Assembly (NCBI RefSeq): GCF_002113885.1
Contig: NW_018406461.1
Location: 19,799 to 83,798, forward strand
Source: Mizuhopecten yessoensis
Taxonomy: Eukaryota
DNA length: 64,000 nt
Reading direction: 5' to 3'
Position numbers and translations under genes: made by a program
Part shown: positions 45,401 to 57,856 of the stretch, piece by piece
How positions within the stretch are numbered: the first letter of the stretch is position 1
Layout of the letters: every line of letters starts with the position of its first letter
The notes under the pieces: generated by a model
Seen by the model: the letters and a program-made list of their open reading frames with translations, nothing else
Databases searched by the model: none
What the model was told of the DNA's origin: nothing

Positions 45401-48400
45401 CAAGGGCAGCAGTCCCGTTTCTTATTTGACCTCTGAACTCGGTCATGTGACCTGTCGTTATCTTTTTGTCGTCTACAACAGCAATAGCATGATTTGGACT
45501 TTTCCGGATTTTTTGCACTATTTTTAGATTGTTTTGTCGATTTACCGGTTCTTATTTTGACTGAAGCCTGACCGGATGACATTGATTTGTCCTTGACCTT
45601 GGGACACAAACAACACCACGGTGATATCTTTTGTGACGTACTAACGTCACGTGATTTCCGTCCACTTACTCCAGGTGAAGGCGACCTACTTCCTGTTTTG
45701 TTGCTTCCGACACGTAGCATCTGTTTTGCTTTAAAATTACCACCGACTCTCTTAGTGTTAACAACCAAGTTCGCGGTTTTCTTCAGATCGAGGTTTGGTG
45801 TTTGTGTCTGAGACTTCTCTGTATTTGTAGCGACCAATTTATCCTTTTCTGGTGTAGTCGGTGCTTTTAACTTTTCGTTGTTGGTTAATCCAGATGTGGC
45901 TGCCTTAACAGTATTCACTTGACCTTTACTTTGAACTGTCACTTTGTTGTTGTCTGGTCCTTGAACCTTGCTCCCAGTTGCCATTTTATTGCCATCTGTC
46001 ATTTTTTGAACATTTATAACAAGGTGTCCAGTTTTCGAAAAATTACGTGGTGATTTTGTCCTGGTTTCCTCGTTATTTATTGGTTGGAGTGTTTGTGATG
46101 ATCTGGTTTGTCCATCAGATTGTCTTCTGGACATAAGCTGGCTGGAACCACCAGAAAGTGACCGTTTCCTCTCCGACATCTTGCCAGTGTCTACAGTCAG
46201 CGTCGCCATATTGGAACCCCTCCGTAAGTTGCTAGCCTTCGTGCTACCGTACGGATGAACGACCTTTGACCTGTAACAGCACCCGTTGAACTGGGTTTTG
46301 GCATCTTCACAGGTTTGGGTTTTCTCGGGAACCAGGAGGTAAAACGTGATACAACAGGACCCACCGACTACCAGGATAAAGTAGGAGATATACTGGAATA
46401 TATAATACCACCAGGATAAAGTAGCCGATATACTGGAATAAGAGAGTCACATGATTAGACACATATTATACTACCAGGATTAAGTAGCCGATATACTGGA
46501 ATCAGAGAGTCACATGATTAGATACGATAAAGTAGGCGATATAAAGGAATTGTGGAGCCACATTATTAGTAGTTCGTTCAAACAGACCGTTGATCACTTT
46601 GTAATTCTCTGTTTGGCGTAGCTTGCACAGACAACAAGAGTCTGGTTAAACGAGACTTCATCATTAGATACATAGTATACTACCAGGATAAACTTGGAGG
46701 TATATACTACCAGGATAAAGAAGGCGATATACTGGAATAAGAGAGTCACATGATTAGATACATGTATACTGGAATTAGAGAGTCACATAATTAGATGTAT
46801 TTTATACTTCCATGATAAAGTAGAAGATATACCGAAATTAGCGAGTCACCTTATTAAATACTACCAAAATGAAGTAGACAATTTAACTTCATCACTTCAT
46901 CAAATCCAGCAATAGATTTTGAACGGTGTTTTTAAGCTGTGTATTTTACCTGTGTGAATATTATATAAATATCTACTTCATGTTTATGCCAATGTTCATT
47001 GTTGTCATGTTATTGTAAATGTATGACGTGAGAAGGATATGATAAGTTGTAATAACTTGTGCCCAAAACCCTTGTTTAATTTTATTGGCAATAAAATATG
47101 TTTAAAGTAAAGGCAATATAAAATGGAATAAGAAAGTCCTATAATGAGATTTTGCCATGTTATAGTAGGAGATTTTCCACAGTAAAGTGACTCCGCATGA
47201 ATTTACCACGTCACAATATGTGTTACCACGTACAATGTAACACTTCTACTGTCTAAAAAGCGCGAAAATAAAACGGAGCTTAATCAGAGGTGGTTGCAGT
47301 AAGCAAATAAAGTACAAACTTTCGCGTGCAGTACATTTACACCCGTAATTATCGTGTTCCGATAAGATGGCTTTCTACGTACAGTAAAACTTGTTTTTGT
47401 TTTTTATAAACTAACATTTTCACTTTGAAGTAGTTCTAAATGACATTAAGTTTAACGCAATTGCATTTTGTGAGATCATTTTGAAAACTTTTCACATGCG
47501 GTACAGTTAACCTTTATACAGCCGACACTCAACAGAAATAAAATAAAAAATAACAAAACAAGTCTGTATTCACCTGACAATTCGAGTTATTCAGTGCATA
47601 TAATTTTGTCATATTTAATAATGGAATTGGCTTCAAAATGAAAGCAAATATGAGTGATACATTAATAGCTGTATTTACATGCTCTGCAAATCTCGACCCC
47701 GTTTATCAATCTCATGAAATGGACACGCGTTCGACAATATACCTTAAATACTGGAAGCTATATCTGTGCGATGTGCGTATATGTATTATTATTCGCTCTT
47801 TGCTGTCAACAAGTAATGGTTCTGATTGTTTTCCTCATTAGAGCAATGGTTCTACATCACCATAGTGTTTCCTCCTTCAACATTGGCAGAGATCACGTGG
47901 AAATCTTACTCACCGAGAACGAGACTGCGTCTCCTCTTGTGAAGGCAGAACTGCTGACGTCACCGGAAACACCGAGGACAATGGCGGCGACCACGAACAC
48001 AGAAATGTTAGCCGCAAGCGAACTGCTACTCCTTCAGAGTAAAATAAGCTTTATTCCATAATATTTAAACTCAAACATTTACTCATAAAATCCATCATGA
48101 AATGATGCAAAGCATACACAGTCATTAGCATCTGTAAAAACGTTTTGTTAAAATCAAAAATGTATTCTAAAATAATGTGCTTTTCGTAAGTTAATGAGTT
48201 GGAATTGATAATAAATGATTTTCAAAGATGTCTTGGGGGAAAACAGTAATTCGTGTACAATGAAGATTTTCCAGGAAATATAAAAAGTATTTTTTCCATT
48301 ATGCATATGTATGTTGTGAACACTAGCCCCTACCACCTCCCTGTATTATCAGCAAAGCTTGTTATGAACGATAAAAAGGACTATGTATAAGTACATACAT

Positions 48401-51400
48401 GTAGTACTTGCTTCCCAATCATCACAATCAAATGTCTTGTGTTGTTGTACAAGTTAATTGGCATGATTCAAAGTGATTTAAACGAAACTAACCCTCCCTC
48501 AAAACGTATGTGTTAAATGTTTATTTGCATACTTTCAATCTTTTGAATAATGACTTAAAAGCATGACAGGCAAATATAAAACATACACACACTCGTGGCT
48601 ATCCATATTTGCAGTTGAACTAGAGCATCTTTATGTAGGACATATGGCTTGGACTTTCGGTTCTTGAAACTTGCTCTTTTCCCCCGTTAATCCGTACCGT
48701 CATACCGATGTTTACACACCTAATGTGAAACATTCTAGTTCAAAATGGAAAAAGAAATTGTATGCCGTGGCGCGATGACCATTGTCACTCGCCTACACCT
48801 CTGTTGTCAGTTTTTCCTTTAAAACGCTACTTGTCTAAACAAACAAAAGAAGAAGACTTTTTTTGGTCTGGAGCATTGCTATGCGAACGCAACTAAACGT
48901 TTCATTAAAGAAAGGTGTGTCTCCCACAGGGCATAGAGGGGCAGGGCCCAAAAGGAAATATAGGTTGATATTTAAACTCCTACTACTAGAGTTCGGATAA
49001 AGGGTTGATTTCTAGTCTGTAGCAAGTCTGGTATAAAGGAACTCATCAATGGAAATAGGATCTGATTCCCAGTTCTGTTTCTCTTTACAATACTAGGAAC
49101 TACTGTACAGTAGGCAGGATCCAACTTCAGGCTCCGTAACTTACAGTTATTGACTAAAAACCAACTGATGGAGTCCTTATATCTATGTCAAGCTAGGTTA
49201 GGAGAACAAAAATGTCTACCGGTATTGTATAACGTGTATACACCATGTCCCACAGATAACAAAAAAAAAAAGGTTAAAAGGATGGCCGAGTTTGTTCGCC
49301 AGCTACCCAAACACGTACATCACTATTACAGAAACACATAGGTAAGGCACAAATCAAGGAGATCGTTCTATAAATTCAAAACGAATGAAACCAAACAAAA
49401 GCTAATCATGATACGAGTTTACCCATTTAATGTTTCATAGCAAGTGCCTGGCGATAAAAAAAATAAGGACGGCAGAGTTAGCTCCCTTATAGCACATGCC
49501 GAATCTTTCAGGACCTGGGTCTGTTTCCGGCTTTTACAAATACCAGTACCCAAAACGGAAAATTGAAGAAAAAAAAACTTTTCTGTAATATCAACAATTT
49601 TAAGTATTTTTTTTTTAATTTGTAAGAATACAAAAAAATTATTTCTATAATATGAGTTTATTCCTGTTTTCCGAATCAGAATACATAATCCATGCACGCG
49701 CCAGTTTTCAACAACGTAAACAACATTTTTTTCGAGTTTGAAATATGTCTTCTGATGCTATTTGAACGTGCTTTCTTCCTAACATGTGTTTCAGTGTTAC
49801 GTATCAAATGAAAACACAGTGTATATTGTTTGATCTCCAGTCATAATAATGCACTATGTCTTATATGACTCAACAATTTACCCTAACCAAAGACGTCCCT
49901 TGTAACAAACAAGTGAATTAAAAATGTACCTCCAAGCGCTCAGTAAATTTCTCTCTGACGTCAGACCGGTCATGTCCCGTAGAATGGCTTTGTGAGACAC
50001 CTGTGCGCACGTGAAGGCGAAAGCCAGCAGGATAAATAAAGTTGCGTACACAAGAAAACGGGGCCAGTCATCTACTTCCGGTACCAACAGGAAGCTGAAC
50101 GTCAGCACGATACAAATACTCAGCATAACCGAACCTGTGTGTAGTAACGAAAAATGACATGAATTGATATTTTTGAACGAATCTAAATTGAATTTCGTTT
50201 CTTTTATTTCTTTTCTTTTTTACGACATATATTTTGTCATTCACCGATTTATGGTAATAATTAAATATACATGTATATATATAACACAAAACTCTCAAAA
50301 CAGAACCTTTTATCTTGAAGTTTTGTCGAAAAGGAATATGACTTACTGCATTTATACGCCGTGGTTGACAAGATCCCCTCTACAATGCGAGTCTTAGCTC
50401 TGTACTCTCAGCTTAGAGCATATTAACAAGAGACAAAACAAGACTTCCCCCTGTCTTGTTTTGGGTGCTCTTTCTCTGTTCTATCTCTCTAGGTATTCAA
50501 TTACCTTTACTTAAGCGTGAACATACGTCTGGTGGTGATTTTCAAAGATATGTAAAACGATAATTGATAACTTTTATAGAAGGATTCCTTTACCGTTCTT
50601 AAAACATAAATCACTACATATACCTACAGTTAACATGGAAATCGAAGTTGTAGTAATATGGTCGGAATGGAATATTGCCCCTTCAGTCAGGATTTTGCTT
50701 ATATTGTCTCAGCGAGCAAAGCATGCTAGGTAATGAAATGATGTTTGTCGATTTTCAACACAACACAAGATTTCCTGGATAAATCGAGCAATGACAGAGT
50801 AAGTTTGCTACCATCCTGTGTTTTTTTTGCCACATATTTCTATCGACTCCAGGAAACATATTGTGGAGTCATTGCAGAACGAGGTTTTTTATATGTTTCT
50901 TTTGAAAGACATTGCCCTATGTTTCATATTGGTAGACATTATAGTTAAGTCCATAACAAATGTTCGGTGCCTTTCATCACCGATGTGTCCTTGAAAGTCT
51001 TAGCGTACAAATGTCTTCAATGTGTTATCACCTGTGTGTGTTACATTGTACAGCGATTCAAATTGGGAAGGGCGTTTTCTTTGAATTACCTAGAATGTGC
51101 CATGATTTCCGGCGTCCAACGTAACAGCATATTATCAGTTTCCTTGACAACACAATGATGAGAGGTCGGGAAAGCGCATCCGCGACCAGGATTACAAAAA
51201 GTATGTATCCTGCAAACGTTACGTTGATCTGCAAACCAACGGTAACGTAGATCGCAATGAAACTCAACAAGAATGATGTGATCATGTCGTTAAGCACGTG
51301 ACCGGCGCCATATGCAAATTTTTCCCTGATAGGAACCTTTCTGTTCTTGTTTGGATGTGACTTGTTGCTGAAACACAAATAAGGTTTAGATATTGTGACA

Positions 51401-52997
51401 TTTTCCATGTTGGGAAACAGAGCCAAATTGAGTCAGAGGCCGCGGCAGACAGAAGCATTGAGACAGAGGCAGGAGCAGACAGAGTGGAGAAACGGACAAA
51501 CAGGCAGTGATAAAGAAATGGGCGGACAGGCGGACACAAAGAGACAAAGACAGCAGACAAGCGGACAGACACGCAGAAACAGACACACTAGGACAGAGTG
51601 AGACAGACAGATAGACAATATACGTGAAAATATTGAACCGTGAATAGTGTACAGTGCGTGTTTTCATTAAATACTATATACCTGTATTTGCATACAGAAT
51701 ATTTATTTGTTAAATTATATTTGAAATGTGATTCGTGAGATTAATATGTAACTTGGAAAGTGCGACGTTAGAGTAAACAATAAAATGATAAATCATGTTA
51801 TAATTTGTTTTTGTACAAAATTTTAGAAAATAATTACCAGATCTGGTATTTGAACTAAATGCTGAATAATAATAAGTGTAATTGAATTTATCCGATAATG
51901 TTATCCAGAGAATTAACCCATGTCATATTTTTTTGCGTATTAACCCATTAAATACGACCTACCATCCCTTTGATTGGTTGTAAGTTTCAATTGTTTCAAT
52001 TGTGACGTCACGCCTAGGACAAGTACATGACGTCACAGACTTACGCACTGGAGTCAAAATGGCGTTTTTTGACATTTCAAGTTTGCATGAAAATTGTCGT
52101 TTTACAGAAATAAATGCCACAAATCTTGGTTATGTGATAAAAAGGATCCTATACTCGTTTTCATTTCATGTGAAATTTATGAAACTCGTCACGAATTGTT
52201 TATCTTAGCTCGCCAGTGGCTCGCTAAAATGAAAAATTATTTTCATAAATCTCATATGAAATGGAAACTCATGCAAGATCCTGTATTTATTATGAGATGA
52301 ACAGATTCCAGAAATGGTAAATATAAGTATTGAACTTCTTTCAGTTGGTATTCATACATGTAGGCAATGTGAAAAGCATGTCCAACATTAATAGCGCGCT
52401 TCATTGAATTTGCCTTTGTCCAGTTGACCGTCATATTGCCTATGAATGCCAACTGAAAGCAGTTCAGTGCTTAAATGCACTGTATCAGCCTCAGTTGAAA
52501 CTGGATTAATATTTCCATGGTAACCGATGATGTGATGTGACAAGGATAATAATATGGGACAGACTCGAGGAAGGACACAAATCTTATGGGGGATGGAGTT
52601 CCAGGGGGAGGGGGAGGGCACAGGCGAGGATGGAGCAGCCCGAAGATCATAACATGTTATATATACACACATGTAGAACGTCTTATATGTTTGATTTAAA
52701 TATACAACAGAACGTCTTAGATGATATATGTTGAATGATTGCGAAGTGAAGGAGTAGACGAAACATTGCAAAATTATTAAATCAGTAAAAGAATTACATT
52801 TTATTTTCTGAAGAACACGTAGGTGTGGTAGGAGCAGGGTATCATTGTGTCAGACATTACTATGTGACGTTTCCGTGAATACCTACAAAGTTATTTTCAT
52901 ATCATGATTTTAAATGAATACATTAGTGTGTACGTGAGAAATAATCATAACGTGCAGAAATTGTGACTATTTATACCTACCTTTGAGCTGGTGGCAT
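39435..52997 (-). CDS. MFSD12: MFSD12-like major facilitator superfamily (MFS_2/GPH) transporter, spliced, ~760-774 aa
   Basis: Hand-built, phase-consistent GT-AG exons: 52997-52981, 51367-51090, 50134-49930, 48031-47914, 46392-45364, 44686-44594, 44098-44006, 41399-41226, 40609-40524, 39666-39435 (or donor 39530 to a terminal exon 39083-39031). Motifs recognisable as MFSD12: YGAGHVLND, VADAL, GRRKSWHILG, AQVSH, AQVYMPLYLT, IPLVVYISGF, SGAAVFG. First and last exons are less certain; paralog versus ortholog is not established. Confidence 0.85.
41481..41638. mobile_element. Degenerate palindromic MITE-like element (intronic)
   Basis: ATCGCATGACC / GGTCATGTGAT and TATCAACCC / GGGCTGATA arms. 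Confidence 0.55.
42295..42691 (+). repeat. ~397-bp near-identical direct copy of 38492-38889
   Basis: Shared sequence from TTAACGATAAAGCTGCTGG to AGGTTTGTCTC. Confidence 0.9.
43771..43989 (+). mobile_element. V-SINE with CR1-like 3' tail (intronic)
   Basis: B box GGTTCGATTCC; V-domain GGGTTTTCTCCGGGTACTCCGGT; tail ATAAGTTGAAATAACTTG. Confidence 0.78.
46372..46870. repeat. Minisatellite built from an intron/exon junction of the MFSD12-like gene
   Basis: Repeated CCAGGATAAAGTAG..GATATACTGGAAT..AGAGTCACATGATTAGA. Confidence 0.75.
46880..47106 (+). mobile_element. CR1-like LINE 3' end fragment (intronic)
   Basis: ATAAGTTGTAATAACTTGTGCCCAA hairpin and AATAAAATATGTTTAAA terminus. Confidence 0.5.
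51440..51616. repeat. Degenerate (GACA)n-rich simple repeat
   Basis: Purine-rich AGAC/GACA run in an intron. Confidence 0.7.
52138..52291. mobile_element. Palindromic MITE-like element (intronic)
   Basis: AGGATC..CATTTCATGTGAAATTTATGAAA / TTTCATAAATCTCATATGAAATG..GATCCT arms. Confidence 0.65.
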
Positions 52998-55775
52998 TTT
53001 TGATCAGGGAAGGCCTCAGGAATCAGACGAAGAAATTATTGTCATGCTTAATTTTCATCTTCGCCCTGTTCTTAACAGCTAACAACCGATCTGTATGCAT
53101 TAAACAAAGGGTAACCAACAAGTAGGTTTATTACGTGTACGACCCCGTCACGTAAGGCCAGCGATGAATATTATAGATACTTATCAACCGTGTTTGACTT
53201 ACAATAGATCACTGTATTAGCCACACTTGTACCTGTGCGTGTTATACTTGTACAGGTAGGTACGGGTACTGATTACAGGAAGGAGAAATTTCTGGCCACA
53301 CCTGACCGCCCCGGAATCAATGTCGCTATTATTCATTATAGTCGCCCTTTCACCCCTATTCTCACGATCTGAACCCCGTTAATGATGTTACTGAAACATA
53401 ACATTCCAAAGGATATTTGTTATTGACTTCACAAAAATATAATGCCGTTTTTATACGTGTATTTAATAACATTTTGAAAAGTGAAGAGGTAAAAAGTGTT
53501 CAAATTAATTAATCTGAGTCTTAAGCTGACATTCTGCAGGACAGAACATAACACTATGGAGGTCCTGAGCTGAAACACATTTTTTTCAATTCAGTGTTAT
53601 TTGTGTGTGTTTAGAATGCTGTTTGTTTGTTGTTTTTTTTTTATTGTGGTGTTTTAATATTTTCATTTTCTTTCTTGTTATGGTATACATGTATTTTGAA
53701 AAAGCGATGTATGTACCGTTTGTAAAAAACATCGAATTGGTGTTTTGTTGAAAATATTCTTTGATATACATCGCAAGGGTTAACATATCATTGGGCTAAT
53801 CAGCCCTTAAACATCCCGCAACGTTGATCAAGTGAGCATTGTCGAACTTTTTTCCAAACACTTATCCGAGAATATTATAAGACTCGTTCATGCACAGCGG
53901 TGTAGGATAGGGAAATTCCACCCGAGGGATTTTCAAATTTGGTAGAACCCGAGGCTTTACCGAGAGAAAAGTGTATATTCACTATGGGATTCACGCCTTT
54001 TCCTAGATACCTAGACTGGCCCCGATCTCTGTAATGTGTTTATGTGTGGTTTTAAGTTTGTAAACTGCGGGGGAGGTTGTAATCTTGTTGAAAGTTTAGC
54101 TAGTCTACTCGCTAGGCACTTAGTCATACATAGTCACATTGAGTTACTTCCCTTTGAACATAAATGTGCTCAAACTTTGAAGGTTATCGTTAAATAGTGT
54201 GGCCGTGCATTTATTGTGTTGCCAATATGTCTACTTTCTTTAAAAATATATTATCATTCGTGAAACCTCCCAAGAAACATTTAGATGAATCTCCTCTTAT
54301 CCAGCGTCTCCAAAACGATATGTCTTGTCGTTTACTAAACATGTATTTTCATTTGGTGTGGTACACTTCTGTATCCTTTCTGTGAAGATATTCGTTTATG
54401 AGAGTATAACTGCAACTGCTATTTGCAGTGTATGAATACATAGCCTTATCACTACTGCTACAATGGCATGACTATACGTGTTCAGTAAATAGTTAAAAAA
54501 AAAACACATCATTATTTAGAAAGTCCCCCGGCGTTACTTCTATCGACGCTTATTTAATATAATTCTTCTATTCATTTCAAACATCATCTATTTTCTTAAA
54601 ATTAAAACAAATGAATCAGGTATGATGCCTTTTTTAACTTTCGATTTTGTGCGAGTAACAACGCGTGACGTCAACTGGTCCTCTGTTGTTGTTCTCGTTA
54701 TTTACCTGGCCTAGCCGATAACAACAAGAAACTTTAAATTGCCTATTTCGCGTCATTCAGTTGTCTGCAACACATGTGGCACGCACCATGATCAGTTGGT
54801 CAGTGAAACATTTGACAGTTATACAAGTTTGTCTGTCACATTTATGCACTTTATTGCATAGAGATAATAATATTTCTGATTTCATTGAACGAGTTTAACT
54901 CTCATGCCGGATATGGGGAATATTTTATTCGTAGGATCTATCTCTGCTTAGTTATGCGCATGCGTCGTCTCACTTTCAACAGTGATTGTGACGTACAGGA
55001 AGTTTCGAATAACAGGAAATGGAAACCCCGGGGAAAAGTGACTGGGCGTAAAAAGCTACTCTTTGATTGACATGAAAGTATTGATATTAAAATGACACTT
55101 GATATAAGTATACACTTCCGTAAGGCAAAACGCATCATGGGAGAACGAATCGTTTGATTGATTTCATTAATATACATAATGATTTTAAACCAAATTAGCT
55201 ATAACGAGATGATTTATTTATTTCTCTAATATTATCTTTATATCAATCTTCCTTCTTCCNNNNNNNNNNNNNNNNNNNNCCCCCCCCATAAATATCGTGT
55301 ATAAGTCTTCTAAACAGAAAATCTGAAATAAACTTCACTTTCCAACGTGTGTTATAAAATAAACGTAAGCGAGTTTAATAAGTGTCCGATATATATGAAA
55401 TGTGGGACTAGTTTGAGATTCTTACGAGCCTAAGCATCTTTTTACTAATAAATCTTACATACATATGTGTAACGTCAATAGCACGAGATTTGACCTGGTG
55501 ACGTCAGTAAACACTGGCCCCTGTAACAGAAATACATTTACACTGGCGTATTTCTCCGTCCAAAACGTCGTTCCGTTAATAGCAACGGGCTCGAGCAACG
55601 GGCTCGACCACGCGCGTTAGTTTATTACACAACAACTCACCTTCACCAACTACAAGACCACACATCACAAATAACCATTTCTCAAATATCTACTCCGCGT
55701 CCTCCCTTTCAAAAGATCAAATTATACTTCATCTTTGTATAATATCTTAAAATTTTCCAAAAATCAGAAACTAAC

Positions 55776-57679
55776 TGGAGGTATATTTCCAGAGTGTTGG
55801 TCACGTGGTGTTATCATTCCACTACATAAAAAAGGTAATGTCAATGATACCAATAACTATAGAGGCATAACTTTAGTAAGTTGTCTGTCGAAACTGTTTA
55901 CTTCTATTCTTAATCACAGATTGTTAGAGTGGTCAGATAGTAATAATATTATATCAGACGCTCAGTTTGGTTTTCGCCCTAATTTTGGGACAACTGACGC
56001 TCTTTTTACACTTCATGGCGTGATTAATAGATTTTTGTTACAAAAGAAAAAACTCTATTGTTGTTTCATTGACTATGAAAAAGCGTTTGACACTATTAAT
56101 CGTAAGAAATTGTTTCATAAGTTAGCAAGGAATATGGTCACTGGAAAAATGTACACTATCGTTAAATCCATCTATGAAATGGTTAGATCTTGTGTAAAAT
56201 ATGAGTCGGAGTTATCTACCTTTTTCAATGTCACAAACGGGCTTATGCAAGGGGAAGGGTTATCTCCCTTTCTTTTTTCTCTATATATCAATGATTTGGA
56301 AAATGAGTTGATCATGAAAACCACTGAATATGTTGAATTAAGAGATATATCGCTGTTTTTGATTATGTATGCGGACGATACTGTCCTTTTTTCTGAGTCC
56401 ATAGAAGGACTTCAGACTATGCTTGATACCTTGTATGACTATAGTACCACATGGAATATAAAGGTCAATGTGGCCAAAACGAAAATCGTTGTCTTTCGTA
56501 ATGGCGGTAACCTTTCAAATAATAACAGATGGTATTACAATGGAAAAACCATTGAAATTGTTGAGTCTTTCAATTATCTGGGTGTAACATTGTTTTATAA
56601 TGGAAAGTTTACCCAAACTCAGAATATTATTAGTCAGCAAGGTCGAAAATGTGTATACCGCATAACGAATATTTGTAATAACAATTTTTTTAACATTGAA
56701 ACTAAAATATACGTATTTGATATTTATGTTTCAAGTGTATTAAACTACGGCTGTGAAGTATGGGGATTCCATGCTGCCCCTGACGTAGAGAAAGTGCACA
56801 TAGATTTTTGTAAGCGCTTACTTAATGTTAGAAGGTGTACTCCAAACAATATGTTGTACTCTGAACTTGGTAGATTACCACTTTGTATAATACGGAAAAT
56901 GAGAATAATTAAGTATTGGTTGAAATTACTTGAAACAGATAACTGTATTTTGAAAGCCTTGTATAATGATATGTTGTCTGAAGTAAATACAAAGGCCAAC
57001 TGGCTTAGTAATGTGAAATCAATGTTAATGTCTCTAGGTTTTGGATATGTTTGGTATGATCAGAAAGTTGTATGTAAGAATCAATTTATATTGGACGTTA
57101 AACTACGTCTACGTGATGTTTTTATACAAAATATGAACACTTTTTTTGAAAACTCTACGAAATGTTTTTTATATAGATGTCTGCCCGAGGTTAATTGTCT
57201 TCAGTATTATCTTTGTAAATCTTTTCCTGAATCTTGTATTTTAACCATTGCGAAATTTAGATTATCTTCTCACGACCTTCGTATAGAAAGGGGCAGATAT
57301 GAGAGAATACCTCGTAATGAAAGACTTTGTTTAAAGTGTAATTCAGGCGATATAGAGGACGAATTGCATTTTATTCTTGTTTGTCCATTTTACAACGAAG
57401 TAAGAACACAATATATTGACAGATATTACAGAATTAGACCGTCTATGTTTAAATTAATTAATTTACTTTCTGTTAGAAGTAAGAGGAAATTGAATAATCT
57501 TTCCAAATTTTTAATTTCTGCTTCACATCTGAGATCAAATGAATAATTACACATATTGTCCATCCTCCATAATATGTCTGTATTGCTGTGTATCACTCAC
57601 TCAATTTTGTAAAATGTATTGTAATGTTTATGCTGATTAGCCGAAAGGCTAAAGGCCAATAAACTAAACTAAACTAAAC
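55776..57679 (+). mobile_element. 5'-truncated non-LTR retrotransposon (RTE-X/Crack-like); RT ORF open to the stop at 57546
   Basis: NYRGITL, QFGFR, FIDYEKAFD, QGEGLSP, MYADD, YLG; C-terminal LRIERGRY..CLKC..EDELHF..C; AATAAA and (TAAAC)n tail; no endonuclease present; clade call tentative. Confidence 0.88.
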
Positions 57680-57856
57680 GGGTATACCGGTGTGTGTACC
57701 CGTGTACGTGGTCTCGCTTAATGACCACCCGCACGAGCTCCACATGTATATACACCCGAAACACTGCTCACCCCGTGACGTCACTCCGGTATCGGAGAAA
57801 ACAATTTCATCCTAATTCATTATCAAACGAATAAAATTATATTATTTGTACCATCA

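Noticed and set aside
45307-46209. 300-aa ORF as a stand-alone gene
   Set aside because: In frame with upstream TM6 and bounded by splice sites; it is part of the MFSD12-like exon 46392-45364
51282-51667. Cys/Leu/Ser-rich ORFs
   Set aside because: Translation of a degenerate (TGTC)n simple repeat
535-52997. Functional link between the GPCR E-boxes (MITF-type site) and MFSD12 as a pigmentation module
   Set aside because: Only adjacency supports it; neighbouring animal genes are usually unrelated and CACGTG binds many factors
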